Source: Lama glama (lineage: Eukaryota). Taken from it: a stretch of 64,000 nt of DNA. How positions within the stretch are numbered: position 1 is the first letter of the stretch; every line of letters begins with the position of its first letter. The translations under genes and the position numbers were made by a program. The notes beneath the pieces were generated by a model that worked only from the letters and a program-made list of their open reading frames with translations, made no database searches and had not been told where the DNA came from. The stretch is taken from NCBI GenBank assembly GCA_028534125.1, contig CM052816.1, positions 55,120,001 through 55,184,000 on the forward strand, written 5' to 3'. This document shows, piece by piece, positions 25,041-37,197 of this stretch.

Positions 25041-25386
25041 TGTTAAAGAGGGGACAACGGCACTGAAATGGAGTCACCTGTGCTAAGTGACGCTGACACC
25101 AAGCACAACTGCAGTCTCAACCTCCCCCAAGAAAGTGATCTAAACCAGTCAGTCTGGAATTTCCCAGTCGCACTAGCAAGGTAACCCCTTCCGTCCCTCA
25201 AAGGAGGGTGACCCAAGCTGGAACTATCCACTCCTTGCAGAAATGTCCCTTTCCTGCCCATTCTCTGTCTATAAAAACCTTCCCTTTTCTGCAGCTCGGC
25301 GGAGCTCTTAGTGCCCGACTCATGAATCATTGAGTAAAGCCAATTCCATCTTCAAAATCACTCAGCTGAACACTTGTTATTTAACA
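25041..25386 (+). mobile_element. Solo ERV LTR (ERV1-like, family unassigned)
   Basis: Inverted termini TGTTAA...TTAACA, 4-bp flanks cctt/cctc, TATA-like ctataaaaa at about 25269 and poly(A)-like agtaaa at about 25333. Confidence 0.75.
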
Positions 25387-25694
25387 CCTCGTGTACCTGA
25401 AAACTTCCATAGAACACAGGCAGTTCATAAGGACTGAAAGAGCGAGATCACCGTAAAGCTAAGTATGGAGTTTGCAGGCACGCTTGTGTTAGGTCTTGCT
25501 CCACCTGGGTTCTCAGAACCCACTTCCGCCAACTCTCTCAGGCATTTAAGAAAAAGGAGTGAGGAACTAATACTGTTTGTTATTCTGCTGCACTCACTGG
25601 CTAGATTTGTAGATGCATTACATTTCTACCTCCTGCCGAGTCTGATGGGGAAGACAGTCCAAATTAAAAAAAAAAATCAATGAGAATATTCTGC

Positions 25695-25750
25695 AGTAGT
25701 TTTTCATTTTACATTGGAAGAAAGTAGTTTTTCATTTTACATTGGAAGAA
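25695..25750. repeat. Perfect 28-bp tandem duplication
   Basis: agtagtttttcattttacattggaagaa occurs twice head-to-tail. Confidence 0.95.
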
Positions 25751-25819
25751 AGTTATTTTTCCTTTTTACAATAAATGGGAATAATTGTTTCTAAATTAAG
25801 TTATGCCTTAGGCACCATC

Positions 25820-26720
25820 TGTGTGTTCTACAATTCAACTCAGTTCTATCGGCTCAAGATAGCATCAGATTCCACAGGCTGGGGGAGGGTATTGCTCAGT
25901 AGCAGAGCGCATGCTTACCATGCACAAGGGCCTGGATTCAATCCCCAGTACCTCTGTTAAAAAAATAAAAATAAGTAAATAAAAATAAATGTAATCCTCC
26001 CTCCCTTCAAAAAAAACCCAAAAAGACAGCATCAGATTCCACAAGTTAAGGGCTCAGTCCCACAAGACTGCCCTCCACCTGTCCCCTCCCAGCTTCAGGC
26101 GCCAAGCCCAAGCCCAGATTGTCACTGGTGCTTCTGAGCGACTGGCTGTAGACTGAAGGACCCTCTCCTCAGGTTCAAGTATCACAGAACCCAGAGAAAC
26201 ATTCTACCTATCAGATGACCGGTTTACAATGAGGCATGACTCAAGGACTGCTAGATGGAAGGGATGCAGAGGGCAGGGATGGGCAAAGGGCTCAGTTTCC
26301 ATGCTGTCTCCCAACATGCCACTCTCCCCAAATCTCCATGTGTTCACCAACCCAGAAACTCTCCGAACTACATCCTTTTTAGGTTTTTAAGGGGGCTTCA
26401 TTACATAGGCATGATCAAGTCACTGGCTACTAGTGACTAAACTCAGTCCTCAGCTCCTCTCCCTCCTCTGCCCACCCGAGAGGGGGCGTCGGGATTGAAA
26501 GTTCTAATCAGAAGGTTGGCTGTACTGCCAACCGGCCCCCACTCATCCTTAGGTGCTGTCCAGTCTCCTCATTAACTTAACAAAAGACACCTTGATCACT
26601 CTCATGACTTAAGAAATTCCAAGGGTTTTAAGAACTCTGTGCCTGAAAGGCGTCAAACACCAAATATATATATATATTTCTTTTTTTAAATATTTCTCAT
26701 TATGGAGTCACAATATCATA
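25820..26720. mobile_element. MER21-like LTR interrupted by a SINE
   Basis: caattcaactcagttct...ccacaagttaagggctcagtcccacaagactgccc...ttaagaaattccaagggttttaagaactctgtgcc...tcacaatatcata. Confidence 0.75.
25881..26022 (+). mobile_element. Full-length tRNA-derived camelid SINE (vic-1 type)
   Basis: gggggagggtattgctcagtagcagagcgcatgcttaccatgcacaagggcctggattcaatccccagtacctc plus A tail. TSD aagaYagcatcagattccaca at 25856-25876 and 26023-26043. Confidence 0.9.
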
Positions 26721-27957
26721 GTGATAATGAGTAACATTTATTTCACATGGATTAAAATCCTCATGCTAAGAACAGTAATATTTTGGGGGCCTAAGAGGAG
26801 ATGTGGTGGGGAAAGGAAGAAAACAGTTGCAGAGACACTCAACTCTGCACTGTCTGCACTCATTCTCTTCCAGGGAAACAGAGATGGATGTGGAATCAAA
26901 CAAACTCTATGATCATCTAATCCCCAAAAGGCTGAGAAACTATTCCCCTCTCATATTTCTAAGCTGACATTTACATTTTCATCACAGCTCTGGATATATC
27001 TGGTGCTAAGGGTAAATTTTCTGCCATATTGTAAATAATGGCAACGTGAAGTAAGACCATGATGTCATTCTTAAACACAAAGCCAATGGAATCTAAATAC
27101 CACAGCAATTTGGAACTGTCACCAGCCACTTAATAACCACAAGGACAAGCTCTTGATTAAAAGGAAAGTTTACATGATTCCCCTTTCTCCTTGAACTTGA
27201 AATTCCACTCCACTTTTCCCACAGGAGTCCAACCTAATGTAAGTATATTGTTATGCGTGAATCATGCAGTTATGATTTTATTGATCAGCCTATTATACTT
27301 TTCTGCAACACACGTTCCAAGTTTAAAATGTAAAGTAATATCTTGTGGCTGCAAGCTCTCTTAAGTGGATAAAAAAACGACATTGACTTGGCTTTTATTA
27401 CAATTATTACACATATGATCAACATAACAAAATGTATTAGTTTTTAAGTTTTTGCCAGTTTTTAAACTAAAAAAAGAGAAAGTTTTGTTGGGAATGTACC
27501 TTTTAATAACATGAAATGAAGCTTTTTTCTCCCCAAACGAGTTCATGTATCCCTGGGTATTGCTCATTGCTAAAATGAGACAGTTTATCACTAATTCTTA
27601 CGTAAATAAGTTAATGTGAATGGAGAGTTCTACTTACAGCTGTATCATTCAGTTCTGTAAACTCTTGAGTTTTCTTAGTTATCTATTGTTAATCTATCAG
27701 CTTACTTGATTAGATCTTTCAATTTTGTTAAAAGCAAAGGATTAGAAACCACTTGACTGCAAAAATATTTTTATTACTTGCTCATTAGAATCACTTTCTC
27801 ACCTCTTACACCAATATTCTGAAGAGCCCCTTATTCAGAATCTAGAGGTTACCAGCTGGGGGCGCTAGTGAGCATTGCTCTTCTCTTGCAGAGCAGAAGG
27901 GTGTGTTCTCAAGTAGAACAAATTAAGGAAAGACTGCTCATGGAAGTGGAGTTTAAA

Positions 27958-28083
27958 AATTTTTTTAAATTTTATTTTATTATTATTTTTTTAATGGAGG
28001 TACTGGGGATTGAACCCAGGATCTTATGCATGCTAAATATGCATTCTACCACTGAGCTATACCCACCTTACCCCTCAACCCCC
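27958..28083 (-). mobile_element. tRNA-derived camelid SINE (vic-1 type)
   Basis: T-rich tail followed by ggaggtactggggattgaacccaggatcttatgcatgctaaatatgcattctaccactgagctataccc. Confidence 0.9.
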
Positions 28084-28557
28084 AGAAGTGAAGCTTCTTA
28101 AAACTATCAGCATATGTCCTCCTTGGACAGTGAGTTTGCATATCTTGGTATGAAGAGCAAAAGGCTGTGGAGTTAGTCTGGTAACAGTCTTAGTTCTACT
28201 GCCTCACTGACCTTAAACAACGTACTCACTCTTTCTGAAACTCAGTTTTCAATAACAATAATGATGATGATGATGATAAAACAACAACCTTGGGTAAGTC
28301 TGGAGACTTGAATGAGGTAACGGAAGTGAAAATGTTTTGTATACTGTAAAATTCTGTATCAACGTTAGATACTGTTGTTTTCATTACTGTTTTTGATACC
28401 AGTGAGCCAAGTGTAACAGCTAAGACCAGGACTCATGTACAAAGTGATACCAATTCCTGAAGTAAGAAAACCTTCTTAAGAAATTCAAAACACTCGTCTC
28501 CTGAACCTCAACGATAACATAACGAGCAGGTGTGTGGCTAGTTCTAGCACTGGATAG

Positions 28558-28740
28558 CACTGGGTCTCAAAGTGTGGTCTCTGAGCCACCTGCCTGAGTA
28601 CCACCTGGGAACGTGACAGAGGTGCACATTCTCTGGCTCCATCCACCCAGATCTATGGAGTCAGAAACCCTGGGGGTGGGACCCAGCACCCTGCGTTTTA
28701 ACAAGTCCTCCCGGTGACTCGGTTACATGCCGAAGTCTGC
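28558..28740. mobile_element. MER5A-like hAT-Charlie MITE
   Basis: tctcaaagtgtggtc...cacctggga...tcagaaaccctgggggtgggacccagcaccctgcgttttaacaagtcctcccggtgactc. Confidence 0.8.
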
Positions 28741-30728
28741 TGTGCAGGATGCTTCGAGTGTGGGGACCCTACTGCATTTCTCAGCATAGTGGGTGGCATA
28801 AGAACACAGACGGAAGTACTTAAAGTGAATTAGTTCTGCATCAACACGCCACCGAATCCCCCAGAGATGGCAAGTCCTCTCATTTTATAGCTGAGTCATA
28901 TGCTGCAATTGTATGCAATTGGTCAGGGTAAACAACAGGACCTCAGGGAAGGGGGTGTGAGGTCGACTCAGGAGTTTTCAGAGTATAACCTAGGAGCTCT
29001 CACGATACACAAGCTAATGGCTGCTCTTCTTATGGGTGAGAATGAGAAGTCCCTTTGGCCTCTGCTTTTATAAAGGAAGAAACAGGATTAGAGGAAGAAA
29101 AATATCCACTGAGATTTCACGGGAGATTTGGCTGCGCCCACCTGGCTACAAAGAACTGGGTTTTGCTCCTGACAGTACGGTTTTCTGTCTCAGTGCTGTG
29201 CCAGGGTAGCCTGGTCCTCCTCCGTCAGTTCCCAGGCTCCTAATACGGATCCGGGAAGGCTGTCTGCTCAGACAACCCCAATCATATGCAGAAGAGTCTG
29301 CCTTCAGTGGGGCAGGGATGGACCCTAATCCATTACAGCTCATGTAAAAAGAAGGAAGACGGTTTTCCAGGTGGACAAATAGCTCCTTTTCCCCAGTACA
29401 ACCTATTTAATACAACTAGGAAACAAGTGGAAAGGAGTGGTTCAGAAATACTGAATGTTAATGAGGTCTGGATGCTGTTTCCACAGGATGCTTACTTAGT
29501 ACCAAGGAAATACAGTAAAATGACAGGCACAATCCTACACCAGCGCTCTTGGGAAGAGAAGCAAGCTTTCAGACAGAGCCTCTCTGATGGGCTGACTTCA
29601 GTATAGCTTTTAAAAATATTAAGTTTTCAGTTAACAACATACATAAGAAACAAAAATCAGGTTAAGTAATAGCATGTTAGGCACCTTATTTTTAACCTAG
29701 GTTTGGACTTTTCTCGATCAAATTTGATCAAACAAAAAGCCAAAATAACAGAGCGGAGAGTGGGGCCAAGATTGGGCATCTGTTGACATTTCTTTATCAA
29801 GGAGGTAACCTTTGCAGCGTGGGAACACAAAGAAGAATTACAGTCACCAACCATTTTATTTTCACACCGATTTCTGCTTCTCGGAGGAAGTGACTTTGGA
29901 AGAGAACTCAAAGGTCTCTCTGCAAGCCAAGTGCTCCAAATAGAATGTTCCAGTGGTGCAGCAAAGGCCACAGTGGCCTGCTGAGGGTTAACATTAAGTC
30001 GATACCATTGGAAAAAAAATCTCATTACGAAGATTGTGGCACAGAATTGAGCTGCCGTATGGCTGACTGAGCGAGACTTGGGAGATTTATACACCCTGGG
30101 CTCTGCAGAGGCTTCGATCGGGTCTGGCTCAGTGCCACCGCTGACACCACACAGAAGCACAGCCCTGTGCGTCAGTGACAAAGCCACCCGTCATTGCTTC
30201 ACAACAGCGGAGGGAGGCAGTGATGTCCAAGCCCTGCCTTATCAGACAGAGAGCAGTACAAACGCATGTTTTAAGAACCAGATAAATCTATTTCCAGTGT
30301 ATTTGTGTTAAAGTGAGAAAATTAGTCATCTTGCTAATCAAATAAAAGCAGCTGCTGGTATTATTACGATTATTCAAAAGCCTGGGATATTAAAATGCCG
30401 CTCAAATTGGCTTTAAATGATAAGGTTACACTATTTTTCAGAGCCCACATTGAACATTTAATGGATAATGGGACTGCATCATGCATCTTTCTAGCTTACT
30501 TCTCATGGTGTTCTGGGTTTTTTTTTTTAAAACACTTGGTAAATAAGAGGGAAATGTAGAATTAATAAATGTTTTGCATCTGGCATAGGTTATTTACTGT
30601 TTATACGAGTGCATAAAAAAAGAATGGACTCGAATAAACAAAACCTACAGGCACTTCCAACCTAATGATTTTATAAACTCAGAACACCTGTTAATTGCTC
30701 CATCCGCTTTGAATCATAATACATGGTA

Positions 30729-30840
30729 ATTAGGTTTGTTTATTTATTTACTTATTTCTAATGGAGGTGCTGGGGATTGAACCCAGGACCTTGTGCATGC
30801 TAAGCACGTGCTCTACCACTGAGCTATACCCTGCCCCCCA
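30729..30840 (-). mobile_element. tRNA-derived camelid SINE (vic-1 type) with intact Pol III A and B boxes
   Basis: Minus strand reads gggtaTAGCTCAGTGGtagagcacgtgcttagcatgcacaaggtcctgGGTTCAATCCccagcacctcc plus A-rich tail. Flanking direct repeat tacatggta at 30720-30728 and 30844-30852. Confidence 0.9.
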
Positions 30841-30990
30841 AAGTACATGGTAGAAGCGATCTTGCAAACCACCTGCATGTGTGGTTTTATTTGTGTCCAT
30901 TAAAAAGAGACCATCTAAGTCCTTTCTCCTTGTGTCTTTATAGCTGATCTAGAACTTTATTTTCCTTCAGGCTAAACAGTGATGGAACTC

Positions 30991-31490
30991 NNNNNNNNNN
31001 NNNNNNNNNNNNNNNNNNNNNNNNNNNNNNNNNNNNNNNNNNNNNNNNNNNNNNNNNNNNNNNNNNNNNNNNNNNNNNNNNNNNNNNNNNNNNNNNNNNN
31101 NNNNNNNNNNNNNNNNNNNNNNNNNNNNNNNNNNNNNNNNNNNNNNNNNNNNNNNNNNNNNNNNNNNNNNNNNNNNNNNNNNNNNNNNNNNNNNNNNNNN
31201 NNNNNNNNNNNNNNNNNNNNNNNNNNNNNNNNNNNNNNNNNNNNNNNNNNNNNNNNNNNNNNNNNNNNNNNNNNNNNNNNNNNNNNNNNNNNNNNNNNNN
31301 NNNNNNNNNNNNNNNNNNNNNNNNNNNNNNNNNNNNNNNNNNNNNNNNNNNNNNNNNNNNNNNNNNNNNNNNNNNNNNNNNNNNNNNNNNNNNNNNNNNN
31401 NNNNNNNNNNNNNNNNNNNNNNNNNNNNNNNNNNNNNNNNNNNNNNNNNNNNNNNNNNNNNNNNNNNNNNNNNNNNNNNNNNNNNNNNNN
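30991..31490. other. Assembly gap (500 N)
   Basis: Run of exactly 500 n; the round number suggests a placeholder size. Confidence 0.99.
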
Positions 31491-32699
31491 AATAAGTGGA
31501 CAACACAACTCAGTCTGGTGTCATCTGTAGAAACCTGCTCCAGTGTTACATAAAAGATCAGGCACTTCCTAAAGAAGAAGCATCTTCCAAACTTGAGAAG
31601 AATCCCTTTAGGAATTATTCAGAGTCCCCCATTGTGCCTTCAACATCCAACTGTCCTATTTAAGAAGCTATTTTTCTAACAAGCTATTCTAGGCAATAAT
31701 TGTGTATCTTACAGAATTAGTTACATAGGCATAAGCTCATTGGGGTCCAGTTGTGCTGAATGGCCACATTTGCTAAGATGCTACAACTGTGTCTTTAACT
31801 GGGATTGCCTTGAGACCCTCTGAAAGCAACTCAAGAGCAAATCTAAGCTCGATTTTGACAGAGAGACAGCTGCATACAATATAAATACCAAATCAGCCCA
31901 TAAGAGAATAGAAACTTCCAGGTCTTTCAGCCTCAGTGCCTCTCCTGGGAGGTTACGTAAAAATCAAAGTTAGGCTTATTCCCTACAAATGAAAGAATAT
32001 TGCACTTGTAGGAAACAGATGGGCAGCTCTACAGCCTTTCACCTTCACAATCTGGGCAAGTGAAGGGAGTATGCCTTCTGGGGACCCCAAAATGCAGATG
32101 GCAGGAAAATGATATCCAGGTTCTGCTGCTTGTACCCTAAGAGATCAGGGTAGCCTTCTCTATCTTTTCACAGAACTGTAAACATCTCTTGCCCTCGAAG
32201 CCATTTCAATATTATTGATGGAAATCTGGGGAATGATCATAGGCTCAAACAAGGAACATTTTAATGATGAGGACAATGTTTAAGTCCCTCCAGGTGAAGG
32301 TTAATTTAGAAGCACAGCAGTTAGTTACCTAGACTTGGTAATGGTGCTAACTGAAAGCCTTGGACAAAAGACCTAATTAGGTTAATAGCAAATTGAGCCC
32401 AGTAAGGGTATTTTCAGGACAGCTCTTTTCAAAGACACACACACATGTGTGCATTTTGTCTGGTTCAGAATAGAGAAACCTGCAGAGAAGTGGGGGGGGG
32501 GGTTCTTACGGAGCCATAAGGCTATCATTAAGATCTTATTTTAGAGAAAAAAGATCAGTGTGTTTCACAGTTAAGTTTTGTGGTAGGTAATTAATAAAAA
32601 AAAATCAGAAAAAAAGAAAAAAAAAACCCAATGCCTTCAAGGGGAGGATGCTTTTGGTAGCTGGAAGGCCCTTTTTTTGCTAAGACCACAATGGGTACC

Positions 32700-33021
32700 G
32701 CTATGGACTGAACTGTCTCCCCCAAATGCATGTTACAGCCCTCGCCCCCAGTGTGACTGGATCTGGAGACAGGGCCTTTAGGGCATAACTGAGGTTAAAG
32801 GAGGTCGTAAGGGTAGGGGTCCAATTGGATATAAGAAGAGGAAGATCCTCCTCTCTCTCTTCCATGTGAGAACACAGCAAGAAGACAGCCAAGAAGAGAG
32901 TCCTCAACTAGAAATTGAATCAACTGGCACCTTGATCTTGGACTTCCCAGCTTTCAGAACTCTGAGAAAATTTCTGTACTTATCAGTGGTATTTTCTCAC
33001 GGCAGCCTGAGCAGAGCAACA
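32700..33021 (+). mobile_element. MaLR solo LTR (MLT1 family)
   Basis: gctatggactgaactgtctcccccaaat...cccagtgtgactggatctggagacagggcctttag...ggcaccttgatcttggacttcccagctttcagaact. Confidence 0.8.
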
Positions 33022-33744
33022 CTGGTAAAGCATCCAAGTCTGGAGCTGGAAGCTGGGCAGAGCTGGATTCCTCTGCTTAAGAAGAGAGAGTGGGGTGGGC
33101 AATGCAGTTAGATTCCTGGAGGAGGGAGACAGAAGCCAGTGAAGTCGAATGCTGTGTGGAGAGGGAGAGAGAGAAGACATAATGTAGCCTTTGCAGGAAA
33201 CATGAAGGTCAAATGAGGATTTATGAAGTTGTAGGATAAAAGGTGTGTGGTGTAAAAACCTCTTCTGTCTCTATGACATTTTCAGTAAGGTAATTTTTAA
33301 AATAACAGAATTCTGAGTGTGATTGGTTTTTCTTATGGCAAATAATGGAGGCTTAGGGCTTTAGAGTGCTTGGCAAGGGGAGGTGGTGACACCATCACTT
33401 GGATAGATGTGGGGATGGATGGTTGCCATATGGGCCACACAGGCACGCTGCAGAGACCTTAAACACAATTCCAAATAACCCTCTGGGTTGCTCCTTGAGA
33501 ATGCTTCTGAGCTTTGTCACGTCTGGAGAACATTTTGAAGAAATGAGAATCAGAAGATTGGTTCTAATCTCCAATCTTCCATTTTCTGCATGACTTTGGG
33601 AAATGACCACGTTCTTATGCAACAGGCTCTCCATTCCAAAAATGGGAATAACACTTACTGTTGCTTTTGCGCACAAGATTATTAGAATCAGGAAGATATA
33701 TGTGAAAATGCCCTTCAAAAAAGTAGTACTAATTTTGTTTTCTG

Positions 33745-34490
33745 CTTTTTATTTTGAAATAGGGTCACAAGAAATTGCAAAGATAGTACAGAGAGATCCC
33801 AGGTGCCAAGATCCTCAGTGCTTAGAAATGATGAGGTCTTACATAACTGCAGTACACCACCCAGAGCAGGAAAATGACAGGGGTGCAATGTGTGTGTTTA
33901 GTCCTTCGTCATTTTATCATGTGTGGATTTACTGTAACCACCTGCAATCCAGGCACTGTTCCACCAACACAGTGGTCTCTGGGGGCAACTCCACCATAGT
34001 CACCCCTGCTTCTCTTCTCCTCCACCCCGAACCCCCGCCAGCCATCAATCTGCTCTCTATTGCTATCTCTGTCGTTTCCAGAATGTTCTATCTGTATATC
34101 TCTTGAGATGGGCTTTTTCACTCAGTAAAGTGCCCTTGAGGTCTATACAAGCTGTTGTATCAAACGTTCATTTCCTTTTATTGCTGAGTAGAATTCTATG
34201 GCAGACATTTTAGTTATTTCCGGTTTGGGGCTATTACAGATAAAAGTGTTATGAACAACCACGTACGAGTTTCTGTGTGGACATAAATCTTCATTTCTCT
34301 GGGATGAATGCTCAGGAGTGCAGCTGTAGGTTGTATGTTAGGTATGTCTATTTTTTTTTTTAATAAGAAGCCACCAAATTATTTTCCAGAGTGGTGACAC
34401 TATTTTGTGTTCCCGCCAGCAATACATGAGACATACAGTGCCTCTTAATCCTCACCAGCATTTGGTATTGCTATTAATTTTTTAAGCTAA
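33745..34490 (-). mobile_element. Old L1M-type LINE 3' fragment
   Basis: tcacaagaaattgcaaagatagtacagagagatcc...ggtttggggctattacagataaa...ttttccagagtggt...cctcaccagcatttggtattg. Confidence 0.8.
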
Positions 34491-34852
34491 TTTTTGTACT
34501 ATAAAATGTATTCACTATTCCTTTTCAAGACAAGCCTTAACATCAACAGCTCTTGGAGGAGGAACTATCTATAGTAAATGAAACCAATTTTTCTGTTTTT
34601 ATTTGTTGTACATATAGGTGCCACTATCTCTACTGGATACCAGATTTTTCAGGATTTGTGGAAGATACAGTCTGCTAGTCAGGCTGGGATTCACGTTTGC
34701 TCTGGGGAGGACGCAAGGGTCTGGTCAGCTGTGATCTAAGGATCGGGGGAGTCTGGATCGCTGAAATGCTGCAGAAGACTCACCTGCCCACAGCTCTCTA
34801 GAGCCTTGTACCTACATTTTCTGGTAACCAACATTTAAAGGCCACACTAGAC

Positions 34853-35262
34853 CCAGAGATTATCATGCTACATGAAGTCAGACAGAGGAAGACAAATACA
34901 TATGATATCACTTATATGTGGACTCTTAAAAAAAAGGCCCAAATCAACTTATTTACAAAACAGAAACAGATTCACATACATAGAAAACATATTTAAGGTT
35001 ACCAGGGGAGGAAGGCTGGGGCGAGGGGGAAGGATAAATTAAAAGTTTGGGATTTGCAGATATGTGCTACTATATATAAAATAGATTAACAACAAGGTCC
35101 TACTGTTTAACACAGGGAACTATATTCAGTATCTTGTAAAAACCTATAATGATAAAGAATATATATATATATATAACTGAATCACTATGCTGCAGACCAG
35201 AAACTAACTCAACATTGTAAATCAACTATACTTCAATAAAAAAACAGGATTAAAATTTTAAA
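34853..35262 (+). mobile_element. L1 3' end with degenerate TSD
   Basis: agagattatcatgcta...cacagggaactatattcagtatcttg...cttcaataaaaaaa. Flanks taaaggccacactagacc and taaaggctacacactagacc. Confidence 0.88.
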
Positions 35263-35864
35263 TAAAGGCTACACACTAGACCAAACTATACCCACCTTCA
35301 CATGGCCCCAGATCCTCCTCCTGATAAACGTTACGTGTGTGCCAAGCACCTTACCTGAGTGAGGGCCTGGGATACCTTGTCTGTCACATGTTGGTAATTA
35401 CATTTACTAACAGCAGGTGGTACCTCTAAAGATTGCATCTTGCAAAGAAAACACCTCCCTCTCGCGACTTTTGAAGAATAATCAAACCAATACCAAAGCT
35501 CCCTGGTGCACCGGAAGCTGAAGCTGTGTACTTTGAGCTAATTTTTCTTAGACTGTAAGCGTTCTCTTTGGGTCCAAGTGCTCGAATTTTGAGTTTGCTG
35601 ACGGCCCTGCCAACCACTAAAGGAAGGGATTCCCTTGGTTCCTGCTCTTTTCTAAGCTCCATTCTCCAGCTTTCCCAACCATTCTATGAGCTACTCAGTG
35701 GCCTTTCAATAAACTCCTGCTCTGGTTAAGTTAGCTAGAGTTGCTTTCTATTACCTGCATCCAAAAACTAATATAAAAGGACCAGATTTAAACTTCAGGT
35801 TATAAAATCCATGAATATCCTTCCAAGATTTTCCAGAGGAAGAGTGAAATGATGCAGTGGAGAT

Positions 35865-36295
35865 GGCTAGTTATCCTGCAGTATCCACTCTATCCTGGAT
35901 TGTATTCCTGCTGTTTGGAATAGGAGACGCTATCCATTTCCAAGATGTTCTCGCAACTAGGTGAGGTCATGTGCTGATGTTCTGGCCAATGAGATTTGAG
36001 CGGATTTGTGTGGGACTTCCAGGGAGATTCCTCATGGGAGTACGGACATAACCTTTTTCAACCTTCCTGGTCTGTGCTGCCAAGATTGTGGCCCTCCTGG
36101 TTCGAATGTGCTAAGAATGGTGGAACTGTGAGATAAAAGGAATTGGGACCTCTGATGATGACCATGGAGCTACCATCTCCACCTCGGACTGCCTCCATCC
36201 AGGCTTCTTTTATGTGACAGAAAACAAATTTCTATCTTATTTATGCCCGTTTTTTTTTTCTTTTCTATCCAGTCAATCCTAATCTTAACTCATAC
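35865..36295. mobile_element. Ancient ERVL/MaLR-type LTR remnant
   Basis: catttccaagatgttctcgcaactaggtgaggtcatgtgctgatgttctggccaatgagat...ggagctaccatc...ggactgcctccatccaggcttcttttatgtga...taactcataca. Confidence 0.6.
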
Positions 36296-36724
36296 AGATG
36301 GCAAAGAAATGGAAGGTGAGATTCTGGGAAGAACCTAGGGTCCACTGGTTTCCTAGGATTCAGAAGAAAGCATTCATTGATTTCCAGCTTCTAGGCTCAC
36401 ACTACTTCAAAATTATGGTAGCTGCTAGACCTGTCAATAGGTGGTGTGACTTACTATGTTAATACGGAGTGATAACTGTATTTTGAAACAACTGGTTTCA
36501 TTTATCCTATTTATTTCATTTTCTGCATTTAAAAGCATTATTCTGAAAGGAGGTCTGTAGGCTTCACCTGACTACCTGACGGATAGATGGCAAACCCCAG
36601 CTCTGCTGTGTCATCCAGCAGCCTTAGCAGCACAGAAGCCTCAGCTCCTCACATCAATACACGAGCAGGAAAACTGCCACATATTTAAAGCCCATTTCTC
36701 CACTTCAAGATCATGTGTGTAAGA

Positions 36725-37197
36725 TGTGAAAATTAATAAGGAAAACCTCAACTAAAATTAGAGTCAGGAAGGCGTGTAAAGGGAGCTCTCACACATTATC
36801 ACTCCCCACCATTTGCTTGCGCTTGCCTCCATTTGCAAGCCCCTTCCTTTTTGGTAATACAAGGAAGAAGGGTACCTTGTATCACCAAACAGGAAGAAGT
36901 CTACTTTACTATCCAGAGGGAAGATTTTCCTCACCTAGCAACAGCCCAGCCAGTGAGAAGGGCCACAGCTCAGCCAATAAGAAGCCATCATCACCCTGAA
37001 CTCTCACTTTCTTCCAATGAACTTTCCTTTGGAACAGCCCCTCCCAACTCCCCTCTTTTGTCCATAAAAATGCTCTCCTCCTTTGTCCTCTGGATTTGCC
37101 AGTGGTCTGCCAGAGTTTGCATTTTCCCAACTGCAATTCCCCGGGAGATAACCGAATTTTCCTAGTAAGACAGCTATTTTTATTATGAAAGCTGACA
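36725..37197 (+). mobile_element. Solo ERV1-type LTR (MER34/MER39-like)
   Basis: TGTGAA...CTGACA termini, 4-bp flanks aaga/aaaa, CCAAT boxes (cagccaataa, ttccaatga) and cataaaaa. Confidence 0.65.

Noticed and set aside
29657..30187. 176-aa minus-strand ORF
   Set aside because: Non-ATG start, no recognisable domain or exon signature; ORFs of this length can arise by chance in 64 kb.
30762..30838. tRNA-Ala(AGC)-like gene on the minus strand (also 25881, 27995, 53687)
   Set aside because: A-rich tails, flanking direct repeats, a G-rich 5' extension and several diverged copies identify these as tRNA-derived SINEs.
30967..31530. Three ORFs of about 180 aa
   Set aside because: Artefacts of translating the N gap.
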